A stretch of 64,000 nucleotides of DNA from Myxococcota bacterium (GTDB lineage Bacteria; Myxococcota_A; SURF-8). Made by a program: the position numbers and the translations under genes. Location: the NCBI GenBank assembly GCA_965140415.1, contig OZ223209.1, forward strand, positions 4,224,001 through 4,288,000, written 5' to 3'. This document shows, one piece after another, positions 9,753 through 20,214 of the stretch. Each line of letters opens with the position of its first letter. The first letter of the stretch is position 1. The notes beneath the pieces are model-generated. The model did not search any database. It saw only the letters and a program-made list of their open reading frames with translations, and was not told the DNA's origin.

Positions 9753-10898
9753 CTAATTCTCCAGCAGGTGGCGCGCGATCACGATGCGCTGCACTTCGCT
9801 AGTACCTTCATAAATGGTCGTTACTCGACAATCGCGGTACAGTCTTTCCACCACGTATTCTTTTACATATCCGTAGCCGCCGTGAATCTGTAGCGCTTCG
9901 GCGCAGGCTCGATTGGCTGCCTCGGTGGCGTAAACTTTCGCCATCGACGCTTCCTTGGTAAACGGCTGCCCCGTTTCCTTCAAGTACGCCGCCCGCATGA
10001 TCAGCAGTCGCGCCGCTTCCAACTCGGTGGCCATATCCGCCAGTTTCCACTGGATCGCCTGAAACCCCGCAATGGGCTTTCCGAATTGCTGCCGCTCAAG
10101 CGCATAATCCCGTGCCGCCTCCAGAGCAGCCAGACCGATCCCCAATGCCTGGCTAGCCACTCCGATGCGTCCACCATCCAGTGCCATCATGGCGATGCGG
10201 AAGCCGTGGTCTTCTTCCCCCAGCAAGTGATCCGCCGGAATGCGGCAATCCTCGAACACGACTTCAAGCGTCGAAGATCCGCGCAGACCCATCTTGTCTT
10301 CTTTTTTTCCCATAATAAGACCGGGCGCACCGGCGGGAACGACGAAGGCCGTCACGCCACCGGGCGAATTCTGGGTTCGGTTGGTGCGCGCCCAGGCCAC
10401 AAACACCCCGGCATGATCGGCACTGGTAATGAATTGCTTGACGCCGTTGATCACCCACTCATCGCCATCTTTTACGGCGGTGCTTTTCATGGCATTCGCA
10501 TCGCTGCCGGAAGCCGGTTCCGTTAAGGCAAAAGCCCCAGCAACCGCATCACCGGAGGTGATCTGCGGAATGTATGTTTCCTTCAGCGAATCGGACCCAA
10601 AAGCTTTAATGACTTCGGCCACCATATTGGTGACGGCCATTCCAACCGCCACCGAGGCGTCGCCCTTGGCCACTTCAGTTATCGCCAGCGAATAAGCCAC
10701 TACACCGACTTCGGAGCCCCCATAGCTTTCGGGAATATTCATACCCAGCATGCCCAGTTGCGCCATGGCGCGATACTCTTCTTCCGGATACGTGCCGGTT
10801 TCATCACGCCACTTGGCTTTGGGCGCCAGTTCGCCCCTCGCGTAATCGCGAACCGCGTCCTGTATCATCTGCTGTTGCTCGCTCAATTCAAAAAGCAT
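9753..10898 (-). CDS. Acyl-CoA dehydrogenase (short/branched-chain type)
   Basis: FALTEPASGSDA, RQQFGK and IYEGTSEVQR. Start MLFELSE behind AAGGAGG; the ORF-track extension overlaps the upstream gene. Confidence 0.93.
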   Translation of the reverse strand: MLFELSEQQQMIQDAVRDYARGELAPKAKWRDETGTYPEEEYRAMAQLGMLGMNIPESYGGSEVGVVAYSLAITEVAKGDASVAVGMAVTNMVAEVIKAFGSDSLKETYIPQITSGDAVAGAFALTEPASGSDANAMKSTAVKDGDEWVINGVKQFITSADHAGVFVAWARTNRTQNSPGGVTAFVVPAGAPGLIMGKKEDKMGLRGSSTLEVVFEDCRIPADHLLGEEDHGFRIAMMALDGGRIGVASQALGIGLAALEAARDYALERQQFGKPIAGFQAIQWKLADMATELEAARLLIMRAAYLKETGQPFTKEASMAKVYATEAANRACAEALQIHGGYGYVKEYVVERLYRDCRVTTIYEGTSEVQRIVIARHLLEN

Positions 10899-10945
10899 TA
10901 CGCCTCCTTTCGGGTCCGTACAGTGACCGATCGTGACGACGCTAG

Positions 10946-12118
10946 TTATGCTTTGTAGAGCGGGCTTTCCTGCAACACGGAATTGGCGATGACCATGCGC
11001 TGCACTTCGCTGGTGCCTTCGTAGATTTCGGTTATCTTGGCATCGCGGAAATGACGCTCGACCGGATAGTCCTTGGTGTAGCCGTAGCCACCGAATACCT
11101 GGATCGCCTTGGTGGTGACCCACATGGCGGTTTCAGCTGCAAACAGCTTGCCCATGGCCGAGGCTTTGGAAATGCGCTTGCCGGTCTTTTCCGAAATATC
11201 TTTTTCACAGGCGGCGCGATACACCAGCAGGCGGCTGGCTTCGATGCGGGTGGCCATGTCGGCCAACATCCATTGGATCGCCTGGAAAGAGCCGATCGAC
11301 TTGCCGAACTGCTGGCGCTCCAGGCTGTAGTCGCGGGCGGCTTCGAAAGCGGCCTGTGCAATACCCAACGCCTGGGAGGCGATGCCGATGCGGCCACAAT
11401 CAAGCGTATGCATGGCGACCTTGAATCCCTTGCCTTCTTCGCCCAGCAGGTGATTGGCCGGAACGCGCACGTCTTCAAATACCAGTTCGGTGGTGGAAGA
11501 ACCGCAGATGCCCAGCTTATCCTCGACTTTGCCGACACTGAAACCGGGAGCGTCACAGGGAACGACAAACGCCGTGATCCCGCCGTGCTTGGCTTCTTTG
11601 CTGGTGCGGAAGAAACAGACCGTCGCATCCGCTTCGCGGCCATTGGTGATAAAGTTCTTGGTGCCGTTGAGAATATAGTGATCGCCATCCTGAATGGCAG
11701 TGGCGCGCGTGCCACCGGCGTCGGTGCCGGCGTTGGATTCGGTCAGACCGAAGCAACCCAGCTTCTGTCCGCTGGCAAACGGCTTCAGGTATTTTTCCCG
11801 GATTTCATCGGAGCCGAAATGATGCACCGGGTCGCAGTATAGCGAATTATTCACAGACATAATCACGCCGGTGCTGGCGCAGCCGCGCGAGATTTCCTCG
11901 ATGGCGATGGCATAGGCCAGGTGATCCATTCCGGCACCACCCCATTTATCGGGAATGGCTACGCCCAACAGACCCAACTCGCCCAGTTCTTTCACGATTT
12001 CGGTTGGAAACATATGTTCGCGGTCGATCTTTTCAGCCATCGGCTTCAGTTTGTCTTCCGCAAAACGATGGGTCATGTCCCGTATCATTTGTTGTTCTTC
12101 GGTCAACTCGAACTTCAT
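10946..12118 (-). CDS. bcd: Acyl-CoA dehydrogenase, butyryl-CoA dehydrogenase-like
   Basis: FGLTESNAGTDAG, RDAKITEIYEGTSEVQRMVI; lies next to crt-hbd-thl. Confidence 0.88.
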   Translation of the reverse strand: MKFELTEEQQMIRDMTHRFAEDKLKPMAEKIDREHMFPTEIVKELGELGLLGVAIPDKWGGAGMDHLAYAIAIEEISRGCASTGVIMSVNNSLYCDPVHHFGSDEIREKYLKPFASGQKLGCFGLTESNAGTDAGGTRATAIQDGDHYILNGTKNFITNGREADATVCFFRTSKEAKHGGITAFVVPCDAPGFSVGKVEDKLGICGSSTTELVFEDVRVPANHLLGEEGKGFKVAMHTLDCGRIGIASQALGIAQAAFEAARDYSLERQQFGKSIGSFQAIQWMLADMATRIEASRLLVYRAACEKDISEKTGKRISKASAMGKLFAAETAMWVTTKAIQVFGGYGYTKDYPVERHFRDAKITEIYEGTSEVQRMVIANSVLQESPLYKA

Positions 12119-12251
12119 TGCTCTTCCCTTTCGAGTCCATGCGATGCTCTGGTAAACGTCGCGTTTTTATACTCAGGTTGGTTGGTTACTCACGTTTTCA
12201 AAAAACGGGATTGCAGGTGCTCAGGTTCCCGCAATCTGGAATAACAAATCT

Positions 12252-12288
12252 AAAAAAGCTGCCGAGCCTGCAAAGGCAGGCTCGCAGC
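12252..12288 (-). terminator. Intrinsic terminator-like hairpin between crt and bcd
   Basis: GCTGCCGAGCCTGC-AAAG-GCAGGCTCGCAGC, followed on the minus strand by TTTTTT. Confidence 0.65.
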
Positions 12289-12306
12289 GGTAAAACGAAA
12301 GGAAAC

Positions 12307-13128
12307 TTATTTCCCTTTAAAGTCCGCCGGGCGTTTTTCCACGAAAGCCGTGGTCCCTTCCAGGCGATCTTCGGTTGCAAAACTTCCCAGGAACTGATCG
12401 AATTCGATCTTGTTACCTTCGTCCAGATCCTTGTTGTAGCCATCGTTGATGGCTTTCTTGCTGGCAGCGACGGCGATCGGCGCACATGCGATGATGCGCT
12501 TGGCCAGTCCCAGCACCTTGTCCATCAGTTCTTCATGCGGGAAGACATAGCTGACCATCCCAAGTTGCAGGGCGCGCTCGGCGTCGATGATGTCGCCGGT
12601 GTAAATCAGTTCCTTGGCTAGGTTGCGACCAATCAGGCGCGGCAGGCGCTGCGTGCCGCCAAAACCCGGAATCAGGCCCAGTTTGACTTCCGGCTGACCG
12701 AACTTGGCGCGCTCGGAAGCGTAAATGATGTCGCAACTGATGGCCAACTCGGTACCGCCACCCAGTGCGAAACCATCCACCGCAGCGATGACCGGAATCG
12801 GTAGATCTTCCAGCATCTTCATAACTTCCTGGCCCAATCCGGCGAACGCTCCCGGCACGTCTTTGTCTTCCACGGGAATCGTGCTCATCATTTTGATGTC
12901 CGCACCTGCAACAAACGCCGCAGGCATCGGCTTTTTACCTTCTTTGGGTTCATCTTTTGCACCGGTGATGATCAGCACGCGCATGCTCTTGTCGGCATAC
13001 ACCTTGCCCAGCGCATCTTTCATCTCCGTCAGCACCGCCTGATTCAGCGCATTGAGCGCGTAGGGACGGTTCACTTTCAGAATCGCGATCTGGTCATTCA
13101 TTTCGAACAGTATGTTTTCGTAATTCAC
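12307..13128 (-). CDS. crt: Enoyl-CoA hydratase (crotonase)
   Basis: AFVAGADI, GFALGGGTELA and FGQPEVKLGLIPGFGGTQRL. GTG start behind AAGGAGG. Confidence 0.92.
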   Translation of the reverse strand: MNYENILFEMNDQIAILKVNRPYALNALNQAVLTEMKDALGKVYADKSMRVLIITGAKDEPKEGKKPMPAAFVAGADIKMMSTIPVEDKDVPGAFAGLGQEVMKMLEDLPIPVIAAVDGFALGGGTELAISCDIIYASERAKFGQPEVKLGLIPGFGGTQRLPRLIGRNLAKELIYTGDIIDAERALQLGMVSYVFPHEELMDKVLGLAKRIIACAPIAVAASKKAINDGYNKDLDEGNKIEFDQFLGSFATEDRLEGTTAFVEKRPADFKGK

Positions 13129-13175
13129 CACAACCTCCTTTGGCGGCTCGCCCCTCTCGGCGGCCACATCTGCAA

Positions 13176-14024
13176 CTATTCGTATTTGTACACACCCTGT
13201 CCGGTCTTACGGCCTAACAGGCCCGCATCCACATATTTCCTAAGCAACGGGCAAGGACGATATTTCGAATCGCCCAATCCGTCATGCAACACGTTCATGA
13301 TCGCCAGGCAGGTATCCAAACCGACCAGATCCGCCAGAGCCAGCGGCCCCATCGGCTGATTGGTTCCCAGCTTCATTCCGGTATCGATGGCTTCCGGCGT
13401 ACCGACGCCTTCCATCAAGGTATAGAACGCCTCGTTGATCATCGGCATCAGAATGCGATTGACGATGAAACCGGGATAGTCGTTGGCCTCGGCCACGGTT
13501 TTTCCCATTTTTTCGCTGGCATCCTTGGTCGCATCATACGTCGCCTGATCGGTGGTCAGCCCTCGGATGATTTCCACCAGTTTCATCACCGGCACGGGAT
13601 TCATGAAATGCATACCGATCATTTTTTCCGGGCGCTTGGTCGCGGCGGCAATCCAGGTGATGGAAATCGACGACGTATTGGTCGCCAGAATCGCCTCCGG
13701 CTTGCAGACGGCATCCAGCTTCTTGAAGATTTCGCGCTTGAGATCGGGGCGCTCCGTTGCGGCTTCCACCACCAAATCGGCGTTTTTGAAATCCTCGTAA
13801 TCCACGATACCCTTGATGCGGCCCATCACGTCCGCTTTACCCGCTTCGTCCAGTTTTCCTTTGCTCACCGCGCGGGTCAGCATCTTGTCGATGTATCCGA
13901 TGCCTCCCTCTACCAATTCCTTGCTGATGTCCAATAGTAGAACTTGGTATCCGGCCTGGGCGGCAACCTGAACGATGCCGCGCCCCATTTGCCCTGCGCC
14001 GATGACTCCGATGGTTTCGATCAT
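13176..14024 (-). CDS. hbd: 3-hydroxybutyryl-CoA dehydrogenase
   Basis: GAGQMG Rossmann motif, [25 protein letters not shown] and PMGPL. Confidence 0.95.
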   Translation of the reverse strand: MIETIGVIGAGQMGRGIVQVAAQAGYQVLLLDISKELVEGGIGYIDKMLTRAVSKGKLDEAGKADVMGRIKGIVDYEDFKNADLVVEAATERPDLKREIFKKLDAVCKPEAILATNTSSISITWIAAATKRPEKMIGMHFMNPVPVMKLVEIIRGLTTDQATYDATKDASEKMGKTVAEANDYPGFIVNRILMPMINEAFYTLMEGVGTPEAIDTGMKLGTNQPMGPLALADLVGLDTCLAIMNVLHDGLGDSKYRPCPLLRKYVDAGLLGRKTGQGVYKYE

Positions 14025-14040
14025 GATTTTTCTCCTGTGC

Positions 14041-15222
14041 CTATACAGACTCGACGATCATGGCGTTGGCTTCACCGCCACCGATGCACAACGTCACCAG
14101 ACCTCGTTTCGCACCTTTAAGCTTCATGGCGTACAATAGAGTTACAAGCAACCGGCAACCACTCGCACCGATCGGATGACCCAAGGCTACCGCGCCACCA
14201 TGAATATTGACTTTCTCTTCCGGAATGTCCATTTCGCGCATGGCGTACTTGGTCACAACGGCAAAGGCTTCGTTGATCTCGTATAGATCGATGTCACCCG
14301 CAGTCAGTTCCGCGCGTTTCAGAGCACGTTTAACGGCGCCCACCGGTGCGATGGTGAACCATTGCGGCTCTTCCGCATTCTCACCGTAAGACACAAAGCG
14401 CGCCAGCGGTGTCAACCCACGCTCTTTGGCGGCTTCCGCAGACATCACGACCACGGCGGCAGCGCCATCGTTGATCGAAGAAGCATTGGCTGCGGTGGTC
14501 ACACCATCTTTATTAAAGACCGGTCGCAGTTGCGGAATCTTGTCGAATTTCACTTTTGCCGGATTCTCATCGGTATCGACGACCGTTACGCCCTTTTTCG
14601 TTTCAATTTCCACCGGAACGATTTCTTCCTTTATTGCACCGCTTTCCTGCGCCGCCAGGGCTTTTTTAAACGAACCGGCAGCAAAGGTATCCAGTTCCTC
14701 GCGGGAAAAACCTTTTTCCTTCGCGCACAGATCGGCAAAGCCACCCATATGCGAGTTGTTGTAGGGATCCCACAAACCATCGTTGACCATCAGATCCAGG
14801 ATATCGCCTTTGGGCATGCTCATACGATATCCGCTGCGCGCCTTGGGCAGTGCGAAGGGGGCGTTGCTCATGCTCTCCATACCACCGGCCACGATGACAT
14901 CGGCATTGCCAACCTTGATCTCGTTGATCGCCAGTTGCACGGCCTTCAAGCCCGAACCGCACACCTTGTTGATCGTCAAGCAGGGAGTAGACACCGGGAG
15001 CCCCGCCCCTATTGCTGCCTGACGCGCAGGAGCTTGTCCCTGACCACCCATCAGCACATCACCCATGATCACCTGATCGACTTCTTCGCCTTTCAAACCG
15101 GCACGCTTGAGTGCTTCGCCGATTGCGATCGATCCCAGCTTCACAGCCTTGACCGGCGCGAGCGATCCCAAAAAGACTCCGACGGGGGTACGAACGGCAC
15201 TTACGATAACGACATCTTTCAT
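14041..15222 (-). CDS. Acetyl-CoA C-acetyltransferase (thiolase)
   Basis: [21 protein letters not shown] and CIGGG all intact. Start [13 protein letters not shown] behind AAGGAG. Confidence 0.95.
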   Translation of the reverse strand: MKDVVIVSAVRTPVGVFLGSLAPVKAVKLGSIAIGEALKRAGLKGEEVDQVIMGDVLMGGQGQAPARQAAIGAGLPVSTPCLTINKVCGSGLKAVQLAINEIKVGNADVIVAGGMESMSNAPFALPKARSGYRMSMPKGDILDLMVNDGLWDPYNNSHMGGFADLCAKEKGFSREELDTFAAGSFKKALAAQESGAIKEEIVPVEIETKKGVTVVDTDENPAKVKFDKIPQLRPVFNKDGVTTAANASSINDGAAAVVVMSAEAAKERGLTPLARFVSYGENAEEPQWFTIAPVGAVKRALKRAELTAGDIDLYEINEAFAVVTKYAMREMDIPEEKVNIHGGAVALGHPIGASGCRLLVTLLYAMKLKGAKRGLVTLCIGGGEANAMIVESV

Positions 15223-15232
15223 GGTTTTCTCC

Positions 15233-15646
15233 TTAGTCCTGATTATCGTGATTTTCCTGACTATCCAATTTTCTGGCAATCCGGTCTTTGTAAGACGAGA
15301 TTTCCTGTTTCAACTTGCTTAAATCATGAATATTGCGGTCGATCCGCTCTGAATGAGAGTCCAACAACTCCAGCAACCGCAACAACACTTTTCCATTGGA
15401 ACGGTGAATGCTGTATATTTTTCTCAATTCCGCCATTTCTGCCAGCGACAACCCCAGAAGTTTCAAGCGTTTGATGAATTTCAAACGTCGAACGTCCTCT
15501 TCAGCGTAGAAACGTCGGTTTCCTTTACGTTTGGGATGACCGATAAGACCGATTTCCTCGTAGTATCGAATAGTTCGCGTACTTGTCCCAACCCTCTCGG
15601 ATACATCTCCAATACTAAGGTGGATTTCATCATTAGTTACAGGCAT
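15233..15646 (-). CDS. MerR-family transcriptional regulator (LiuR-like context)
   Basis: SIGDVSERVGTSTRTIRYYEEIGLI...RRFY HTH and C-terminal coiled coil; heads the acyl-CoA cluster. Confidence 0.9.
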   Translation of the reverse strand: MPVTNDEIHLSIGDVSERVGTSTRTIRYYEEIGLIGHPKRKGNRRFYAEEDVRRLKFIKRLKLLGLSLAEMAELRKIYSIHRSNGKVLLRLLELLDSHSERIDRNIHDLSKLKQEISSYKDRIARKLDSQENHDNQD

Positions 15647-15661
15647 TTACAAGAACCTCTG

Positions 15662-15716
15662 CCAGTGAACGTTAAGTGGTGAGAAGAACGCTATCAAATG
15701 TCACTATAGCTGTCAA
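15662..15716 (-). promoter_or_regulatory. sigma-70 promoter and imperfect palindrome upstream of the MerR-headed cluster
   Basis: Minus strand TTGACA-N17-TAGCGT, followed by the palindrome CCAGTGAACGTTAAGTGG (15662-15679, 14/18 symmetric). Confidence 0.5.
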
Positions 15717-15897
15717 GAGTTTTTGCATGTCCTAAATCGTTTTTTCATTTTCACCTTGTTTTTTGAACTCACATGAAAAGCAGCAAATCAGCAGTGGGTT
15801 TCCAGACAATCTCTATCGCTGCACTGGTTTGTTCAGTACATCACCCAGCTTTTCCCGCTTCGTTCCGCAAGCTTTCTTGATCCCTTGGGAAAAAGGT

Positions 15898-15928
15898 TTG
15901 ACAAAAGCCACTACACCTAATATATAAT
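15898..15928 (+). promoter_or_regulatory. sigma-70-like promoter for the FHA/TPR gene
   Basis: TTGACA at 15898-15903, with TATATAAT at 15921-15928. Confidence 0.5.
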
Positions 15929-16029
15929 GACCTCGCCTGGAAATCAGATCACGCTTGCAAGTGGAAATAATGAGTATCGTTGGAGAAATCCAAACTCATC
16001 AGACAGATTGTCAAAGAGAGAGGTAGGGA

Positions 16030-18642
16030 ATGGCCGAGGATAAGGGAAAAAAGGAGGCTGGAGGTTTTTTTGACAACGAAGTCGAAGAGGATTACCTCTC
16101 GGAAAGCACGGTTGTCGATACGGATGTACTGAAAAAGCTTCACGACAAATTATCGGAGGAGGAAGAAGCCCAATCTCTTTCGGATGATGCCGAGTTGCTT
16201 GAAGAAGTGGTGATTGAGAAAACCAAGGAGCCGCCACCACCACCGTTCCCGCCGCCTCCCGCTGCGGACGCCAGCGCGCCGCAGGCCGCTCCAGAGCCCC
16301 CAAAACCTCCGAAGCCAAGTATTCCTTCTGCGGTTCCCAAGAGCACGCCTTCACCGGCAAGTGGTCCGGGACCGTTGGCCTCTTCATCTCCCAGCGGCAA
16401 CGATCAAAACAAAGTCGATCGCGTCCATGAACTGTTCGAGCAAGCGGACGAATCCGACGAGCCGTCAGACGATGAAAAGACGGTCATTCTGGGTGACGAT
16501 GAAATTGCCGGAATGCCCCAGCCCAAAGGCGCGAAGCTGGTGGTTACGGAAGGCCCGGAGCGCGGCAAAGAATACACCATCGAATTCAACGAAATCTTTA
16601 TCGGGCGTGGCGTGGAAAACGACTTCGTTATCCCGGAGCGCTCCATTTCCCGCAAGCATTTCCGCATTCGTCGCCGTTTCGATGAATACATTATCGTGGA
16701 TCTGGGCAGCGGAAACGGAACCCGTGTCAACGGCGCTCGCGTATCGGAAGCCGTGCTGAACCACAAAGACGAAATCGTTATCGGTCGCACGACTCTGCGT
16801 TTTGTCGATCTGGCCCAGGAATCCACGGATAAAGCAGCGGCACCCGTACCCGTACAACCGGAACCCAAAGCGGAAGCCGTCGCGGAACCTGTAGAACCAC
16901 CGAAAGCGGAACCGAAAGCGGAAGAACCGCCCAAGGTCGAAGAAACACCGGCAGCACCGGTTGCCGCCCAGGCGCCACCCGCACAACAACCGGTAGCGCA
17001 GCAAGCCCCTAAAGAAACTCCTCCTGCTGCTAAAACATCGAAGATCGCTGCTCAAACAGCGGCTCCGGTCGACGCCAAACCTGCACAACCCAAGCCGACT
17101 CGAGCGACACCCATCGAAGATGACCGCCCCGCTCGTCGTTCCAGTCGAGATCGTTTCGAACCGATCTCCGCGCAGCGTCCGGGTAGTCAGGCAATCAAGG
17201 AAGAGGAAAAAACCGGCGGCATGGGCGGAATCGCCATCGGCATCATACTGGTCATCATCATCGTGGCCGGATTGATCCTAGTGCGCCAGTATTCGGAACA
17301 GGAAAGCAAGCCTGTTGCCAAAGCCCCGGCCCCGGCTCCCGTTGCTCAAGCACCGGCTGCGCCGGTAGTTGAAAAACAGGAAGTCCCCTTGGAAGGTCAG
17401 GTCAAAAAGTTGATCGACCAAGGCAACGTGCTGATGCAAAACAAGTTCTACGCCAAAGCGGTAGACAAGTTCAACGAAGCGCTGGCGCTGGATTCGGGCA
17501 ACAGCCAGGCGGAAGTCGCCAAAGCACAGGCACAACGTGAAATCGCTAATCGTGAAGCGCTGGAAGAAGGCAAAAAGCTGTTTGAAACCTCGGATTACGG
17601 CAAAGCGGCAATCCGCCTGAAAGTCATCGGCGAAGCTAGCGTATTTTACACCGAAGCCCAGACCTATCTCAAAAAGATCGAAGACAGCAAATACGACAAG
17701 CAGGTGGAGCAAGGCAAGAAACTGCTGGATCAACGCAAATACGATCAATCTATCGCCGTTTTCGACACCGTGCTGAAAGAAAAACCGGGGCACGAAGCCG
17801 CAACCAAATTCCGCCAGATTGCCGTTCAGGAAAAAGCCGCCGCCGAGCAGGCCAAACTCGCCTCGGAACAGCAAAAGCAGGCGAGAGCCGCAGAGACGGA
17901 ACAACGTCGTCAGGCGCAAGCCGAAGAGCGGAAACGCAAAGCCGAACAGGAACGTAAACAGAAACTGGAACAGGAGCGAAAACGCAAAGCGGATGCGGAA
18001 CGTCAGCGTAAAGAAGAAGAAAAGAGACGGCGTGCCGAGGAAGAAGCAAAGAAACGTCAGGTTTCTTCTACCCGTGATCTGGACAAAGGTATCGGATATT
18101 ACAAAAAAGGTGACATCGAGAAATCGATTGTCGAACTGTATGCCATCGCCAATGGCCGCGGAAATCAAAGTGTAATCAAAAAGGCCAAAACACTCGTTGC
18201 AAACATAAAGAAATTCAACGAGTTGTACGAAGCAGGCAACAAAGCCCACAAGCAGAAGAAAGCGCAAACGGCAATCCCGAAACTGAAAAACGCCATGCGT
18301 ATGGATCTGAAGATTGCCAGCGGCTCCGTGTTCGGCAACGAACTGAGCAAGAAACTTGCCGATATGTACTACCTGCTCGGTAACAGCGCCAAGAAAGACC
18401 AGAACTGGGTAAATGCTTACAAAGCCTACTCCCGAGCGCTGAAGTTCTACTCCGGCCACGGTCCGTCTAAGGAAGGTCTTGAAGATCTTTCCAATCAGGC
18501 CCGCAAACTCTACTATGAAGGTTTCGCAATAAAAGACGTCGAACCGGAACAGGCAGAGAAGAAGTGGAAAACCGTGAAAAGTATTGTGCCGAAAAGCAAT
18601 CAGTGGTACAAGAAAGCCGACCAAGGTCTGAAGGAGTTATAA
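16030..18642 (+). CDS. FHA domain, single transmembrane helix, TPR/coiled-coil protein
   Basis: FHA core IGRG...SISRKH...DLGSGNGTRVNG, Pro/Ala-rich linkers, TM IAIGIILVIIIVAGLILV, TPR-like helices and a charged EQERKRK coil. Confidence 0.85.
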   Translation: MAEDKGKKEAGGFFDNEVEEDYLSESTVVDTDVLKKLHDKLSEEEEAQSLSDDAELLEEVVIEKTKEPPPPPFPPPPAADASAPQAAPEPPKPPKPSIPSAVPKSTPSPASGPGPLASSSPSGNDQNKVDRVHELFEQADESDEPSDDEKTVILGDDEIAGMPQPKGAKLVVTEGPERGKEYTIEFNEIFIGRGVENDFVIPERSISRKHFRIRRRFDEYIIVDLGSGNGTRVNGARVSEAVLNHKDEIVIGRTTLRFVDLAQESTDKAAAPVPVQPEPKAEAVAEPVEPPKAEPKAEEPPKVEETPAAPVAAQAPPAQQPVAQQAPKETPPAAKTSKIAAQTAAPVDAKPAQPKPTRATPIEDDRPARRSSRDRFEPISAQRPGSQAIKEEEKTGGMGGIAIGIILVIIIVAGLILVRQYSEQESKPVAKAPAPAPVAQAPAAPVVEKQEVPLEGQVKKLIDQGNVLMQNKFYAKAVDKFNEALALDSGNSQAEVAKAQAQREIANREALEEGKKLFETSDYGKAAIRLKVIGEASVFYTEAQTYLKKIEDSKYDKQVEQGKKLLDQRKYDQSIAVFDTVLKEKPGHEAATKFRQIAVQEKAAAEQAKLASEQQKQARAAETEQRRQAQAEERKRKAEQERKQKLEQERKRKADAERQRKEEEKRRRAEEEAKKRQVSSTRDLDKGIGYYKKGDIEKSIVELYAIANGRGNQSVIKKAKTLVANIKKFNELYEAGNKAHKQKKAQTAIPKLKNAMRMDLKIASGSVFGNELSKKLADMYYLLGNSAKKDQNWVNAYKAYSRALKFYSGHGPSKEGLEDLSNQARKLYYEGFAIKDVEPEQAEKKWKTVKSIVPKSNQWYKKADQGLKEL

Positions 18643-18782
18643 GCCTTCCTCGCCTGGAGGAAGCCACAACTCCAGGTGATGATTACATGCAAAACGAGTG
18701 GCGAAAATAACCGATCGATCTTCTAGTGCCGGGTGGGCATTGTCCGCCCGGCATTTTCATGTTCAGTCCAAGGAGTTGCGGA

Positions 18783-20159
18783 ATGAAAACGATAATCGAA
18801 CCGTTTCGAATCAAGGTGGTTGAACCTCTGGCTTTTACCACAGCCGAGCAGCGGCACGAGATTCTGAAAAACGCTCACTACAACGTTTTTCTGATCAAAT
18901 CCAAAGACGTCATGATCGACCTGCTGACCGACTCCGGCACCTCCGCCATGAGTTCCGAGCAGTGGGCTGCGATGATGCGCGGCGACGAATCCTATGCAGG
19001 CAGCCCCAGCTTTTTCCGCTTTGAAGAGGCCGTACAGGATATTTTCGGCTTCAAGCACGTCATCCCCACTCATCAGGGGCGCGCTGCCGAACGCATCCTG
19101 TTTTCCGTCATCGGCGGTGAAGGCACGGTCATTCCGAACAATACCCATTTTGACACCACCCGCGCCAACATCGAATTCACAGGTGCGGACCCGGTGGATC
19201 TGGTAATCGAAGAAGGCAAACATCCGGACGTGCAGCATCCTTTCAAGGGCAACGTCGATATCGACAAGCTCAAAGAGTTGGTAAACAAACTCGGCAAGGA
19301 ACGCATCCCGGTCGGCATGGTTACGATTACCAACAATTCCGGCGGCGGCCAGCCGGTATCGATGGAGAATATCCGCCAGGTCTCCGAAGTGTTGCACGAA
19401 GCGGGAATTCCCCTGATCATCGACGCTTGCCGCTTCGCCGAAAACGCCTACTTCATCAAGAAGCGCGAACCCGGCTACGAAGACAAACCGGTCAAGGAAA
19501 TCGCTCAGGAAATCTTCTCCTATGCGGATGGCTGCACCATGAGCGCCAAGAAAGACGCCCTGGTCAATATTGGTGGATTCATCGCCTTAAACGATGACGA
19601 ACTCGCCTTAAAATGCCGCAATCTGTTGATTCTTACGGAAGGCTTTCCAACCTATGGCGGTCTCGCGGGACGCGACCTGGAAGCCATCGCGGTCGGTTTG
19701 AACGAAGTGTTGGACGAGCGCTACCTGGACTACCGAATTGCCAGCATCGCCTATTTCGCTCGCGAGTTGCGCAAAGGCGGCGTGAAAATCGTCGAACCGC
19801 CCGGAGGTCACGCCATTTTCCTGGATGCGCGTCAGTTCCTGCCGCATATCCCTCTAGAGCAATTCCCCGCCTGGGCGTTAGCGAATGCGCTGTACGAATA
19901 TGCGGGAATTCGAGGGGTCGAAATCGGATCGGTCATGTTCGGTAAAACCGATCCGGAAACAGGCAAGGAAATCCCTTCCACCATGGACCTGGTGCGTTTG
20001 ACCATTCCTCGTCGCGTCTATACGCAGAGTCATGTCGATTACATGGCCGAAGCCATCCTGGAACTCTACCAACAGCGCGAAAGCATCAAGGGTGTCCGTA
20101 TCACCTGGCAACCGCCCATGCTGCGCCACTTCTCCTCTCATTTCGAACCGGTAGAGTAA
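18783..20159 (+). CDS. tnaA: Tryptophanase (beta-eliminating lyase)
   Basis: EPFRIKVVEP, IDLLTDSGT and PLP Lys in MSAKKD. C-terminal LRHF has the His typical of tryptophanase rather than the Phe of tyrosine phenol-lyase. Confidence 0.88.
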   Translation: MKTIIEPFRIKVVEPLAFTTAEQRHEILKNAHYNVFLIKSKDVMIDLLTDSGTSAMSSEQWAAMMRGDESYAGSPSFFRFEEAVQDIFGFKHVIPTHQGRAAERILFSVIGGEGTVIPNNTHFDTTRANIEFTGADPVDLVIEEGKHPDVQHPFKGNVDIDKLKELVNKLGKERIPVGMVTITNNSGGGQPVSMENIRQVSEVLHEAGIPLIIDACRFAENAYFIKKREPGYEDKPVKEIAQEIFSYADGCTMSAKKDALVNIGGFIALNDDELALKCRNLLILTEGFPTYGGLAGRDLEAIAVGLNEVLDERYLDYRIASIAYFARELRKGGVKIVEPPGGHAIFLDARQFLPHIPLEQFPAWALANALYEYAGIRGVEIGSVMFGKTDPETGKEIPSTMDLVRLTIPRRVYTQSHVDYMAEAILELYQQRESIKGVRITWQPPMLRHFSSHFEPVE

Positions 20160-20186
20160 ATATCCCGATAAATGTCACGCATTGCC

Positions 20187-20214
20187 AACCGGCGGAGTTT
20201 TCCGCCGGTTTTTT
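20187..20214 (+). terminator. Intrinsic terminator after tnaA
   Basis: AACCGGCGGA-GTTT-TCCGCCGGTT followed by TTTT. Confidence 0.75.

Noticed and set aside
15898-15928. TTGACA-N19-TATAAT as a MerR-activated promoter next to the divergent MerR gene
   Set aside because: No dyad symmetry in the spacer, and an alternative -10 at 17 bp is possible.
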